A program made the position numbers and the translations under genes. DNA of 64,000 bases from Centroscyllium fabricii (lineage: Eukaryota): contig JBNRSN020000004.1 in NCBI GenBank assembly GCA_051313645.2, positions 333,684,001-333,748,000 on the forward strand, in the 5' to 3' direction. The notes below the pieces were generated by a model. It worked only from the letters and a program-made list of their open reading frames with translations, searched no databases and was not told the origin of the DNA. The first letter of the stretch is position 1, and every line of letters begins with the position of its first letter. Positions 11,821 through 25,156 of the stretch are shown here, piece after piece.

Positions 11821-12119
11821 ACAAAAGGTATGGAGAGCAGGGAGTTCGACTCCAAACTGGCTGAAGAGCATGTGTGAACCCATCTAAAACCCCGCTTACA
11901 GAGTCATCTTCTGGACCAGCTTTGAACGGCAAAAGGGGTCGGAGAGGAATTTCCCAGATATTATTCCTCCAAATTGGCCTGGGTTTTTATCTAATTTTTC
12001 GCCTCTTCCAGGAGATTACATGGTTTTGGATGGGGTGGAGAGTGTGGATACTGTGATGCACAAGGTATCACAAGCTGGAAGGACCAGAGGGTTTTTTCCT
12101 GTCTGCCATTGTTTGTATA

Positions 12120-12320
12120 ATGTGGAGGTGCCGGTGTTGGACTGGGGTGGACAAATGCAAGAAGTCACACAACACCAGATTATAGTCCAACAGTTTTATT
12201 TTAAATCACAAGCTTTCGGAGCTTCTGCCCCTTCATCTGACGACGGGGCAGAAGCTCCGAAAGCTTGTGATTTAAAATAAAACTGTTGGACTATAATCTG
12301 GTGTTGTGTGACTTCTTGCA
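12120..12320. mobile_element. Non-autonomous Penelope-like hairpin element with a hammerhead core
   Basis: ~75-bp perfect inverted arms; CTGACGA-stem-GAAAGCTTGTGA; 12-bp TSD ATTGTTTGTATA (12108-12119 and 12321-12332). Confidence 0.8.
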
Positions 12321-12987
12321 ATTGTTTGTATAGAGTGGCTCTGCGGTATTCCTCAGACTGGTTTGAAGTTGCCCCCGCTGTTTACAATGGAGCCCCCCTT
12401 CTGGGACACAGCCAGTTGGCCACATCATTGGAAAACTAGTGGGGAGAAGACTCTATAATCAAATGGTTAGCAATAAAATGTAATAAATTTTAAAAAATCA
12501 AGACATTTCTGATAAAACTTATTTTCCTCAGCTTGTTCAATGTTGGCAAAACCAAATTCATCCTCTTCAGTTCTGCCAACTGCCTCATTTTGGTTCCAGT
12601 CCCGTTAACCTCACCAACTAACAGTTCGGATTGAATTAGCAGCTGCGCAACCCAAGCACTGTGGATGAATTTTCTACCATGAAGTCTGGGAGCAAATGCC
12701 AATTGTAGTGCCCCTTTTTCCAGGACAGCTGAGGTTAGTTAACGCAGCACAAACAGGGTCCAGCCGAAGACCGACCGATGAGCCTGGGTTTCCTGGTCTG
12801 GACCGCTTAATATTTACACCAGGCTGTATTTTTAACCACTCGCTATCAGGGAAGCTTCTTTCTACTTGCTTTAATGCCCCCAAGTGAAATGAATGTGGGC
12901 ATCACAATCCATCATCAGATTAATGCCAAAGGTGTCACTTTTGCATGGATGCACAGCTTTTTCCAGAAAAGTGGCAGAATAACTTCA

Positions 12988-13388
12988 GAGAGGTGATCTT
13001 ATCGAAACATATAAGATTGTGAGGGGGCTTGATCGGATGGATGCGGTGAGGATGTTCCCAATGGTGGGTGAGACTAGAACTAGGGGGCATAATCTTAGAA
13101 TAAGGTGCTGCCCGTTCAAAACTGAGATGAGGAGAAACTTCTTCACTCAGAGGGTAGTAAATCTATGGAATGTTCTGCCTCCGCGAGCTGTGGAAGCTGC
13201 GACATTAAATAAATTTAAAACGGAGTTATAGACAGTTTCCTAGCTGATAAGGAAATAAGGGGTTATGGGGAGCGGGCAGGGAAGTGGACCTGAGTCTAAG
13301 TTCGGATCAGCCATGATCCTATTGAATGGCGGAGCAGGCCCGAGGGGCCGTATGGCCTACTCCTGATCCTACTTCTTATGTTCTTATA
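12988..13388 (+). mobile_element. CR1/HER1 LINE 3' fragment
   Basis: RGDLIETYKI...FFTQRVVNLWN.LP; 3' UTR ending CCTACTTCTTATGTTCTTAT. Confidence 0.85.
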
Positions 13389-13706
13389 ACCCAATGCAGT
13401 TCCAGAACACAGTGTCATGAAGACAACCAGTTTTTAAAAATCCATTCTCAGGGTATGGGCCTTGCTGGCAAGACCAGGGATAATTGCCCATCCTTATCTG
13501 CCCTGAGAAAATGGTGGTGGACCTTCTTTTGGAACTGTTGTAGTGGTTTGGTACAACTGAGTGGCTTGCTAGGCCATTTCAGAGGGCACGACAGAGATAG
13601 GCCAGACCGGATAAGGACGGCAGGTTTCCTTCCCTCAAGAACATTCCTAAAGGACATCAGTGAACCAGTTGAGTTTTTATGACAATCCAACAGCTTCATG
13701 GTCATA

Positions 13707-14342
13707 GGGCCAGAAATTGGTCAGCCCACGTTTTGTGGCGCTGACCTCGGCACAGCGCTGTTTTTAGCGTCTGGCGTTACGTAGCGCTGCCAGAGCTAAA
13801 ATTGGCCTGCAGCGCCCATTATAGGCGCACGCTACTGCAGGCCTTCCTCCCCGATTAAAGGGGAGGGGCCTAGCGCAGCTGTGGCCGGAGCCCCGCGGGG
13901 CCGCCGTGGGACTAGAATCGGAAGAAGGAGCCCGGCACTGGAGGGAAGTGCCGGGCTCAGTTGCCGGAGGCCTGACCCCGCTGGGGGACCAGCGGGGGAG
14001 GCCGAGGGGGAAGGTGCTGGCAGTCGGCCAGCAATAAAAATGGCCGACCGCCACACTCCCCTTTAAGCAGCGCTCCCCCGCTGTTACGGCCCCAAAAAGC
14101 TGGCGCGGGCAGAGCGCCGCGATAAATCGGCGGGCGCTGCCCAATTACAGCTACGGGCACCTCCCAGGCGCTGCGCGGCCTGATGATGTCACTCCCGACA
14201 TCCAGCTGGGCGCTAAATTCGTTGGGGCGCTACCAGTTAGCCCCCAACTTAGCGCTCAGCTGAATTTAGCGCTGGGCACGATCTGTAGCACTAATTCTGT
14301 AGTGCCCGATTGGGCCGGTGCTAGACTGCCAATTTAGCCCCC
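13707..14342. mobile_element. PIF/Harbinger-type MITE, GC-rich
   Basis: Imperfect TIR GGGCCAGAAATTGG/CCAATTTAGCCCCC; imperfect 3-bp flanks (ATA/AAT). Confidence 0.6.
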
Positions 14343-14539
14343 AATGTATTTTATTTCAAGATTTTTCTAAACTGAATTCAAATTCTCAAACTGCCATGGT
14401 GGGATTTGAACTGACAGGTGAAATTATAATGGGAAATAAGGAAATGGCAGAGACTTTAAACAAATATTTTGCAGCTGTCTTCACAGTAGAAGACACAAAA
14501 ATCATACCAAAAATAATGGGAAACCAAGGGGCTATTAAT

Positions 14540-14972
14540 AAGAACATAACATAAGAACAAAAGCAGCAGGAGCAGGAGTAGGCCATATGGCCCCTCGGGA
14601 CTGCTCCGCCATTCAATAGGATCATGGCTGATCCGAACTTAGACTCACGTCCACTTCCCTGCCCGCTCCCCGTAACACCTTATTCCCCTATCAGCTAGGA
14701 AACTGTCTATCTCCGTTTTAAATTTATTTAATGTTGCAGCTTCCACAGCTCTCTGAGGTAGCAAATTCCATAGATTTACTACCCTCTGAGTGAAGAAGTT
14801 TCTCCTTATCTCAGTTTTGAAAGGGCAGCCCCTTATTCTAAGATTATGCTCCCTAGTTCTAGTCTCACCCATCAGTTGAAAGATCCTCACCGCATCCACC
14901 CGATCAAGCCCCCTCACAATCTTATATGTTTCGCTAAGATCGCCTCTCATTCTTCTGAATTCCAATGAGTAG
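14540..14972 (-). mobile_element. CR1/HER1 LINE 3' fragment
   Basis: ORF 14645..14965 (EFRRMRGDL...FFTQRVVNLWN) plus 3' UTR. Confidence 0.85.
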
Positions 14973-15020
14973 AGTGTTAAGGGTGAGGAACTTAAAGTAA
15001 TTATCAGCAGAGAAAAGGTA

Positions 15021-15770
15021 CAGGTTGAACACCGTTAATCCGGCAGAGTCAGGACCAGCACCCTGCCGAATTTTTGAGAACACCGAATGATTGAAGCTTC
15101 GCCGGAGCATGCGCAGAGCATTCAAAATGGCTGCCGCTAAATTTTGAATGCTCTGCGCATGCGCTCGCTGTTCGGTGGAATGGCCGCCGCAAAATTTTGA
15201 GTGCTCTGCGCATACGCTCGCCGTTCGTGGACGCATGCGCAGAGCATTCAAAATGGCCGCCGCAAAATTTTTAATGCTCTGCGCATGTGTCGCTGGTACG
15301 TGGAAGGTGATTTTCGGCCCAAGGGTCGGGTGGAACTCACAAGACGCACTCAATTCTGCTGCCCATGGTGAATCAGGGAGCGGGCTGCACGGCTCCAGCG
15401 GGCCTGAGGCCCAATGCGCGGCTTAAGCCCGGCTCACATGACGCCACCGCACGCCAGCTTCGGAACGCGGTGACGTCAGCACGCAGCAGCCTCTGGCAGC
15501 CATGGCGGAGTCGGGCCGAGCTTTGGCTGTATCGCGTCCTGTGAAAGGCGGCTGGCACAACAGTTCATCTTCTGGGCTTGGGATTCACCTTCGGCATCGG
15601 GGTGGTCACTAAGCCAGGATTCAGTGAGTATCTGTTAGGTGAAAGGGAAGCTCAGCCCCGACGGCAGCCATTTTGAATTTTCTGCGCATGTGCTGGGCAG
15701 TCGGGAAAATCTGTGCCGGACGACTGAAACTGCCGGTTTTTCGGGTAACGAATTAACGGTGCTCAACCTG
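15021..15770. mobile_element. Tc1/mariner (Tigger/pogo-like) MITE with GCGCATGCGC arrays
   Basis: TIR CAGGTTGA(A/G)CACCGTTAAT, TA TSD. Confidence 0.85.
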
Positions 15771-16089
15771 TACTTGAGAAACTAATAGGACTAAAAGCTG
15801 ACAAATCCCCTGGACCTGATGGCCTACATCCGAGGGTTCTAAAACAGGTGGCTGCAGAGATAGTGGATGCATAGGTTAATATCTTCCAAAATTCCCCAAA
15901 TTCTAGAATGGTCACAGCAAATCGGAAGGTAGCAAATGTAACCCCGCTTTTCAAGAAAAGAGGGTGAGAGAAAACAGGGTACTACAGGACAGTTAGCCTG
16001 ACATCAGTCATCGAGAAAGTGTTGGAATCCATTATCAAGGAAGTGGCAACAGGGCACTTAGAAAATCAAAAATATGATTAGGCAGTCAA

Positions 16090-17480
16090 CATTCAATTCA
16101 ATTCAAGTTTTATTGTCATTGCAGAGTACAAGTACAAAACAACGAAACGAAGACTCGCCGCTCCCGAGAGTAGTGCAAATAAGTTACATACAATTGCATA
16201 CAGTAAAGTACATTACAGGTGTGCAGATACTGGAGTTTTTTGTTAGAGTTCAGGAGGCTGACAGCCCTGGGGAAGAAGCTCTTCTTGAATCTAGTCGTGC
16301 GGGTGCAAATTGATCTGTAGCGTCTCCCGGAGGGCAGGGGGGCGAACAGACTGTGGCTGGGGTGTGTGGGGTCTTTAATAATGTTCAGAGACCTCCGTAG
16401 GCAACGTTTGAGATAGGTGCATTCAATTGACGGTAGCTGGGTGCCGGTGATTCGTTGGGCAGTTTTGACTACCCGCTGCAGGGCCATCCGGTCCGAGATG
16501 GTGCAGTTTCCATACCAGACTGTGATGCAGTTTGTCAGTATGCTTTCGATTGTGCAGCGGTAGAAGTTAGTGAGGATGCCGGATAACACCTTGGCTTTTT
16601 TCAGCTTCCTTAGGAAGTACAGGCGCTGTTGGGCCTTCTTAATCAGAGAGGAGGTGTTTAGTGACCAGGAGAGGTCTTCCGAGATGTGGACTCCGAGGAA
16701 CTTGAAGCTGGATACCCTTTCCACCTCAGCCCCTTGGATGAAGATGGGGGTGTGTCTTCTGCTTTTTGTCTTCCGGAAGTCCACTATGATCTCCTTGGTT
16801 TTCTTGGTGTTCAGTGCCAGGTTGTTGTCGGCACACCATCCCACAAGGCGCTGAATCTCATCGCTATAGGCTGACTCATCGTTGTTGGTGATCTGGCCAA
16901 CTACTGTGGGGTCGTCCGCAAACTTGATGATCGTGTTGGAGCCATGGACAGCCGCACAGTCGTGGGTGAAGAGGGAGTAGAGGAGGGGGCTCAGCACACG
17001 GCCTTGTGGGGCCCCCGTGTTCAGGGTAAGGGGGGGGGTGGGGGAGGTGAGGTTACCTAACTTCACAGACTGTGGTCTGTTGGTTAGGAAGTCCAGGGAC
17101 CAGTTGCAGAGGGAGGTGTTCAGGCCGAGGGTGAGGAGTTTGGTAATCGACTTGCTGGGGACAATAGTGTTGAATGCTGAGCTGTAGTCAATAAACAGCA
17201 TTCTGATATACGTATCTTTGCTATCCAGGTGGTTTAGTGCAGAGTGAAGAGCCGTAGTGATAGCATCTTCCGTTGATCTGTTTCCTTGATAGGCGAACTG
17301 GTATTGGTCCAGGGCAGCGGGGACGCTGGCTTTGATGTGGGCCAGGACCAGCCACTCAAAACACTTCATGAGTATGGGTGTGAGTGCGACACGGCCGTTC
17401 AGGCACGTCACGGCCGTTTTCTTGGGCACAGGGATGATGGTGGCGGTCTTGAAGCAGGTAGGGACAGCTGTCTTCGCCAG
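16090..17480 (-). mobile_element. Rex1/Babar LINE, 5'-truncated RT
   Basis: [48 protein letters not shown]; (TTGAA)n tail. Confidence 0.9.
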
Positions 17481-18217
17481 AGAAATCGTGTTTAACAAAT
17501 TTATTGAGGATGTAACTAGCCGGGTAGATAAAGGGAACCAGTGGATGTAGTATATTTGGATTTCCAAAACGCATTCGATAACGTGCCATATAAAAACGTT
17601 GCTACGCAAGATAAGGGCTCATGGGATTGGGGTAATATATTAGCATGGATAGAGAATTAGTTAACGGGCAGAAAACATGGAGTCGGAATAAATGAGTCAT
17701 TTTCCAGTTGGCAGGCTGTAACCAGTGGGGTGACGCAAGGATCAGTGTTGGGGCCTCAGCTATTCACAATCTATATTAATGACTTAGATAAAGGGACTGA
17801 GTGTAATGTATCCAAGTTTGCTGACTATACAAAGCTAGGTGGTAAAGTAAGCTGTGAGGAGGACACAAAGAGCCTGCTAAAGGATATAGACAGGTTAAGT
17901 GAATGGGAATAAGGTGGCAGATGGAGAATAATGTGGGGAAATGTGAGGTTATTCACTTTGGTAGGAAGAATAGAAAAACAGAATCTTTTTTAAATGGTGA
18001 GAAACTATTAAAGGTTGGTGTTCAGGGAGATTTAGATGTTCTCGTACAAGAAACACAGAAAGCAATAAGGAAGGCAAATGGCATGTTGGTCTTTATTGCA
18101 AGGGGTTGGAGTATAAGACTAAGGAAGTCTTGCTACAATTATACAAGGCACACCTGGAGTACTGTGCAGTTTTGGTCTCCTTACCTGAGGAAGGACATAC
18201 TTGCCTTAGAGGCGGTA

Positions 18218-18749
18218 CAGGTTATGCACCATTAATCCGCCACGGGCGGGACCAGGCCCGTGCCAGGAAATGGAAAAAACCGGGAGAACGAGGTTGGACA
18301 CTGCGCATGCGCACCATTCAAAATGGCCGCACGCATGCGCGCAACATTGAGATTGGCTGGCGCGCGCATGCGCAGATCGGGCCCGGGTCCGCCGTCCCTC
18401 TCCATCACCTTTCGGGTTGCTGCTGCCGCCGAGCCGGACTCAGGCTGACAGCTGTTGCCTAGTGACTGTCCGCCTCAGTCACGGGGCTCAGCTGTGGAGA
18501 AAATAACCGGCGGCCGTATTGAATTATCTGCGCATGCGCTAACCGTCCGGCGACGCATGCGCAGATCATTCAAAACACCCGGCAGCTATTTTGAATGATC
18601 TGCGCATGCGCTGGGCGCATGCGCAGATCATTCGCTGAAGCCACGATGGCGGCGGCCATCTTGCGCATGCGCAGTGCAGTCGGGGCAATTTGTGCCGGCA
18701 GACTGAAGCTGCCGGCTATTCGGGACATGGATTTTCGGTGCACAACCTG
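18218..18749. mobile_element. Tigger/pogo-like MITE, variant subfamily
   Basis: TIR CAGGTT(A/G)TGCACC, TA TSD, inserted in CR1 at GCGGTA|CGAAGG. Confidence 0.85.
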
Positions 18750-18937
18750 TACGAAGGTTCACTGGATTGATTCCTGGGATGGAAGGGTTGTCCTATGAAG
18801 AAAGATTGTGGAGGGTTGGCCTACACTCGCTGGAGTTTAGCAGAATGAGAGGTGATCTCATTGAAACAGAAGATACTGAGGCGGATTGACAGGGGAGAAG
18901 CTGAGAGGCTGTTTCCCCTGGCTGGAGAGTCTAGAAC

Positions 18938-21900
18938 GAACATAAAAACATAGAAGATAGGAGCAGGAGTAGGCCATTCGGCCCCTCGAGCCTGCTCCGC
19001 TATTCAATGAGATCATGGCTGATCATCCAAATTCAGTACCCGGTCCCTGCTTTCTCCCCATATCCCTTGATCCCTTTAACCTTAAGAAATATATCCAACT
19101 CTTTCTTGAATATATTTAATGAATTGGCCTCCACTGCCTTCTGTGGTAGAGAATTGCACAGGTTCACCACTCTCTGTGTGAAGAAATTCCTCATCTCTGT
19201 CCTAAATGGCGTACCCCTTATCCTTAGACTGTGACCCCTGGTTCTGGACTCCCCGGCCATCGGGAACATCCTTCCTGCATCTAGTCTGTCTAGTCCTGTT
19301 AGAATTTGAAAAGGTTCAATGAGATCCCCTCTCATTCTTCTAAACTCCAGTGAGTCTAAGCCCAATCGACCCAGTCATTCCTGCCATCCCAGGTATCAAT
19401 CTGGTGAATTCTCGCTGCACTCCTTCCATGGCAAGAACATCCTTCCTCAGATAAGGCAACCAAAACTGCACACGATACTGAAGGTGTGGTCTCACCAAGG
19501 CCCTGTACAACTGCAGCAAGACATCCTTGTTCCTGTACTCGAACCCTATCGCTACGAAGGCCAACATACCATTTGCCTTCTTAACCGCCTGCTGCACCTG
19601 CATGCTTACCTTCAGCGACTGGTGCACAAGGACACCCAGATCTCGTTGCACTTCCCCTTCTCCCAATCTATTGCCATTCATATAATAATCTGCCTTCCTG
19701 TTTTTGCCACCAAAGTGGATAACCTCGCACTTAACCACATTATACTGCATCTGCCATATCACCCAACCTGTCCAATCATCAGCATCCTCCCCTCACAGCA
19801 CACACGCCCACCCAGCTTTGTGTCATCTGCAAACTTGGAGATATTACATCTAGTTCCCTCGTCCAGATCATTAATATATATTCTGAATAGCTGGGGTCCT
19901 AGCACCGATCCCTGCGGTACCGCAGTAGTCACTGCCTGCCACTCGGAAAAAGACCCGTTTATTCCAACTCTTTGCTTTCTGTCTGCTAACCAGTTCTCGA
20001 TCTAAGTCAGTAACTTGCCCCCAGTCCCATGTGCCTTGACTTTACACACTAATCTCTTAAGCGGGACCTTATTGAAAGCCTTCTGAAAGTCCAAATACAT
20101 CACATCCACTGGTTCTCCCTTATCTATTTTACCAGTTACATCCACAAAAAATTTCAGATTAGTCACACGATTTACCTTTTGTAAATCCATGTTGACTTTG
20201 TCCGATCCTGTCACTGTTCTCCAAGTGCTCTGCTATTACATCTTTTATAATGGACTCTAGCATTTTCCCCACTACCGATGTGAGGCTTTCCGGTCTATAA
20301 TTCCTCATTTTCCCTCTACCACCTTTTTTGAATAGTGGGGTTACATTAGCGACCCTCCAATCCATGGGAACTGTTGCAGAGTCTATCAAATTTTGGAAGA
20401 TGACCAGCAATGCATCTACTATTTCTAAGGCAACTTCCTTAAGTACCCTAGGATGTAGATTATCAGGCCCTGGAGATTTATCGGCCTTCAATCCCGTCAA
20501 TTTCCCTAACACCATTTCCCTACAAATACTGATTTCATTCTGTCACAGATGGGAATTCCTCTTTAAGGAATCCATTTTGATTTCTATGTTTTGTTCTCTG
20601 TTTGGTATCTTGTTTTCCTGTTAATATAGCCTGTTGAACCTCACATACCTGTGTGTTCCTCGTTCTCTATGCCTGCATCTTATTGGTTAGCACTAATCTA
20701 TCCAGTTGCTTGATCGGCTTATAAGCTGGGTGCTGAGACCAGGGAGTTGCCGGATCATTACTACTTTATACTACCAAGTAGCTTGTAACAACTTTGCAGT
20801 ACTAGGACACACAGAGGTGCTGTTCTAGATCCGTGGGAGGCAGTGAGCTGGTGGATATGGATTTCTCCTTCTGAAGACTCTGGTAGAGTGAGTCCCTGCT
20901 GAAGGGCGGACTCTGGAAGATTCCTAAATTCTACATTCTGGACACTGTTCTCGATCACCTGAACTCAGGTTTGGACATTCCATTTATACATTATGGACAT
21001 TGCTCGTTATGATCTGAACTCTGGAGCTCCGATGGAGGCTGTGTTGGTAGGGCGTTTCCCTGCTAGTGAATAATGGATTTCTCCTTCTGAAAACTCTGGT
21101 AGAGTGAGTCCCTGCTGTAGGGCGGACTCTGGGAGAGTTCCATTTCTTATTCTGGACACTGCTTTCTATTACCGGAACTCAGATATTGGACATTTCATTT
21201 CTACTGCAATGAGGTCTTTTCTGTAAGTAGGATGCTCTTTGCCGAGTGTCCTGGGAGTTTGGAATAAGGCTTGTTTCCAACTTCACAGAGGAAAACTATA
21301 TCCAGGGATGCTCTTGGCCGAGTGTCCTGGGGGTACAGTTGGACATTGTTTGCAATCACCTGTACTCAGTATTGGACTTTTCATTACTACTATATAGGAG
21401 GCCCTTTCTGTTATTAGGATGCTCTTTCCTGAGTGTCCCGAGGGTTCAGTTTCTGTATTAAGCTTGTGCCAGTTTTCAGTGGAAGACTTGTTTTTTATGT
21501 TATATATTTTGTATGTATGGATGTAGTTGATTATGTTTTCTGCATTTTATATTAAATAAAGGAGTTCTAGCTCTAGACAGCAGTTTTCAGTGTCTTGCAT
21601 TTGGGCCCCACACCCAAACGTTACACATTCAGTTCCTCCCTCTCATTAGACCCTATGTTCTCCAACATCTCTGGGAGGTTATTTGTGTCCTCCTTTGTGA
21701 AGACAGAACCAAAGTATCTATTTAATTGGTCTGCCATTTCTTTGTTCCCCATTATAAAATCCCCTGATTCTGACTGCAAGGGACCTACACTTGGACTCCT
21801 CCAATCTTTTTCTCTTCACATATCTATAAAAGCTTTTACAGTCAGTGTTTATGTTCCCTGCAAGCTTACTCTCAATCTATTTTCCCCCTCTTAATTAATC

Positions 21901-23280
21901 CCTTCATCCTCCTTTGCTGAATCCTAAACTGCTCCCAATCCTCAGGTTTGCTGCTTTTTCTGGCCAATTTAGATATCATCTCCTTGGATCTTATGCTATC
22001 CCTAATTTCCCTTGTTAGCCTTGGCTGACTCACCCTTTTTGTTTTATTTTTATGCCAAACAGGGATGAACAAATTCTGTAGTTCATCCATGCGGTCTTTA
22101 AATGTTTGCCATTGCCTATCCACCATCAACCTTTTGAGTAACATTCCCCAAACAATCCTACCCAACTCGCGCCTCATACCATCGTAGTTTCCTTTATTTA
22201 AATTCAGGACTCTAGCCTCTGAGTCAAATATTTCACTCTCCATCTCAATGAAGAATTCGATCATATTATGATCGCTCCTCCCAAAGGGGCCTCGCACAAC
22301 AAGATTGCTAATGAATCCTTTCTCATTACATAATACCCAGTCCAAGATGGCCTGATCTCCAGTTGGTTCCTCGACATATTGGTCCAGGAAACCATCCCAT
22401 ATACACTCCAGGAATTCCTCCTCCACAGTATTGTTACTAATTTGGTTAGCCCAATCTATATGGAGATTAAAGTCACCCATGATAACTGCTGTGCCCTTAT
22501 TGCACGCGTCTCTAATTTCCCGTTTAATGCCATCCCCAACCTCGGCATTACTGTTTGGGGGTCTGTATACAACTCCCGCTAACATTTTCTGTCCCTTGGT
22601 ATTTCTCAACTGTACCCATACAGATTCTACATCATCAGAGCTAATATTCTTCCTGACAATTGTGTTAATCCCCTCTTTAACCATCAATGCTACCCCACCT
22701 CCTTTTCCTTTTTGCCTGTCTTTCCTGAATATTGAATACCCCTGGATGTTGAGTTCCCAGCCCTGGTCATCCTGGAGCCATGTTTCCATAATCCCAATCA
22801 TATCATATCCGTTTACATCAATTTGCGCAGCTAATTCATCCACCTTATTACGAATGCTCCTCGCATTAAGACACAAAGCCTTCAGGCTTGTTTTTTTAAC
22901 ACTCTTAGACCTTTTAGATTTATTATTTACTGTGGTCATGTTTGATTTAAACCCTTGATTTCTCTGACTGCCACTGTTGACTTTCTCCTTCCTGCCTTTT
23001 GCTTCTATCCTTATTTCTCTTTCCTGTCTCCCTGCACAGGTTCCCAACCCCCTGCCATTTTCAGTTTAAACCCTCCCCCACAGCACTAGCACATACTATC
23101 CCTAGGACATCGGTCCCAGTCCTGCCCAGGTGCAAACCATCCATTTTGTACTGGTCCCACCTCCCCCAGAACCGGTTTCAATGTCCCAGGAATTTAAATC
23201 CCTCCCCCTTGCACCATTCCTCTAGCCACGTATTCATCTGAAATATCCTTCTATTTCTACTCTGACTAGCACGTGGCACT
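18938..23280 (-). mobile_element. Near-complete CR1/HER1 ORF2 (APE endonuclease + RT), decayed
   Basis: ORF 21872..23047 is APE (LNARSIRNK, GGGVAL, YRPP, GDFN, SDHN). RT fragments at 19033-20515 and a 3' UTR. Interrupted by a solo LTR. Confidence 0.92.
20541..21625 (+). mobile_element. Solo LTR of a sushi-like Gypsy family
   Basis: TGT...ACA ends and 5-bp TSD CATTC. TATAAG is followed by GCCGGATCATT, then AATAAA. The 3' end CATTTGGGCCC...TTACA is shared with the LTR at 59498-60064. Confidence 0.88.
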
Positions 23281-23478
23281 CAGTACTCACGAACCAAATT
23301 GCATACCATAACACATATATTAATACAGGACATCCTTTGATCATATGCATTTACGATTATTTTAGAAGGCTATTAATGCAACACTCAAAGACAATTATGT
23401 ATCAGTTTGTATATAACTAGACTGAATATATTCTGCATTTAACAGCTAAAGCTTATCACTGACAAATAAGAAACTGAC

Positions 23479-23606
23479 CTCTAATGAAATCAAAGAGTTG
23501 CGGGATAGGTCAAGTGATTTAAGACGGGTAAAGTTCTTGAGGGACTTTCCAAGATGTGTGATCTTTTCTTCATAACTTCCTGGCAGAAACAACGATCGTA
23601 CATCCG
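23479..23606 (-). CDS. CEP72: CEP72-like LRR protein, coding exon 2 (ADVRSLFLPGSYEEKITHLGKSLKNFTRLKSLDLSRNSLISLE)
   Basis: Acceptor TTTCAG|CG and donor GAG|GTCAGT. The phase-1 junction with exon 1 gives GCG (Ala). The peptide resembles the CEP72 N-terminal LRR (KITHLG, LKSLDLSRNSL.SLE); the paralog LRRC36 is not fully excluded. Confidence 0.85.
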
Positions 23607-24676
23607 CTGAAAGACAAACAAAAAAAATATCAGCTTTTAATACGTTCACAGTAGCAATCACCATTCAAAAAGTTGAATTAAAAGATTTATCATAAAATCA
23701 TTTTTGATTTTTACTTTGCTGTTCCTACCAGGTGCATAATTGGAATGACACTCCAAATAATTTCCAGTTAATCCACAAGTAATTTCCCCCAGCATCTAAC
23801 GGCAATGCTTTTTCAACAAAAAAAACAATTTTCCCCCACTTCTCCTGAATGTGCTGACCCTTGCTGAGATACAGTCCCCACTAGCACCCACAGCAGCCCA
23901 GTCTTCACGTGACTCTTGATAGTGAACATGAAGACGTTCCTTTGCAGAAGGCATCACAGCTGAGCCCAATCTTGTTCTCACTAGACATTTACATATGCGG
24001 ATCCTCCAGAAGAGATCACCGGTTAGCTACTGGGAGAAAGAGTCTGCTTGTTTTTTCCCATCTTTCTTCGCCATGGGGCACTGAGCACCATGATAACACC
24101 TCCAACTGCTGCGCCAGCACTGTGTTCCACACTTAAGCCAATACAGACTAGAAAATCGGTGGTTTCATTCCAAGCCTGCAATCTCAGAGGAAGCAGTCGT
24201 TGGGTGCAATTGGACTCAATGGGCTGGATTTTCAATGGGCCGCGAAGGCGTGATTGGAGGCGTGTGGGGGGTTTAAATAGTGAAAACTGGTGGGCGGGAA
24301 GCCCCCGCCTAGTTCCCGACTCCGAGCAACTTTAACTCAGTCGTGTTTAATGGTCCCGACTCCGTCCCGCCTCCAACAGGCGGGATAGCTCGTTAAGGCC
24401 CTTAACAAGCACTAAATAGCCTCTATATTCCTATTTTGAAAAGCCCTTGCGAATTTAACTCTTTTCTCACGTGAAACACGCCTGCTGGGAAACACGATGG
24501 TGAAACCTGGCGGGAGCACTATTGGATTGCTGACTATCAGCTGCAGGTCAACCATTAAATAGGAGATTTGATCAGCCATCATTTGCAGGTGGCGGGACTT
24601 TGTTGTCTCAGGTCTGGGGGAACTTTTAGAAGGCATAACCACAGCTGTGGAAGTTTGGAGCCTCACACCCATCTCA

Positions 24677-25081
24677 TAAAAACATAGAAACATAGAAGAT
24701 AGGAGCAGGAGTAGGCCATTCGGCCCTTCGAGCCTGCTCCGCCATTCAATGAGATCATGGCTGATCATCCAAACCCAGTACCCTGTCCCTGCCCTCTCCC
24801 CATATCCCTCGATCACTATTGAGCCTGCATCGGCACATATCCCACCCTATCCCCGTAACCCCACATATTTAATCCCCCTAACACTAAGGTCAATTTATCA
24901 TGGCCAATCAACCTAACCCGCACATCTTTGGACTGTGGGAGGAAACCGGAGCACCCGGAGGAAACCCACGCAGACACGGGGAGAATGCGCAAACTCCACA
25001 CAGATAGTACCCGAGGCTGGATTTGAACCCGGGTCTCTAGTGCTGTAAGGCAACAGTGCTAACCACTAAGCCACCGTGCCG
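24677..25081 (-). mobile_element. V-SINE with HER1/CR1 tail
   Basis: tRNA-like head, V-domain and tail ...CCTGCTCCTATCTTCTATGTTTCTATG. Confidence 0.85.
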
Positions 25082-25156
25082 TCCAGTGTGACTTCCTGGG
25101 AACACCTCTCGCCACCCTCACTGAGCACTTCCTCAACTGAGGCATATACCAGAAGC

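Larger units (their letters stand above)
14975..18937 (+). mobile_element. Decayed CR1 ORF2 hosting two Tigger-type MITEs and a Rex1 LINE
   Basis: [36 protein letters not shown] and KFAD.TKLGG motifs; the sequence is continuous across the insertions. Confidence 0.85.

Noticed and set aside
16116-17609. 497-aa ORF as an intact gene
   Set aside because: It is a chimera of antisense CR1 sequence and a 5'-truncated Rex1 RT that reads through into its tail.
4285-23478. CEP72 exon 3 (expected GIQ.L..L..LNLYYN-like)
   Set aside because: No matching minus-strand peptide was found by eye; it probably lies beyond the left edge of the window.
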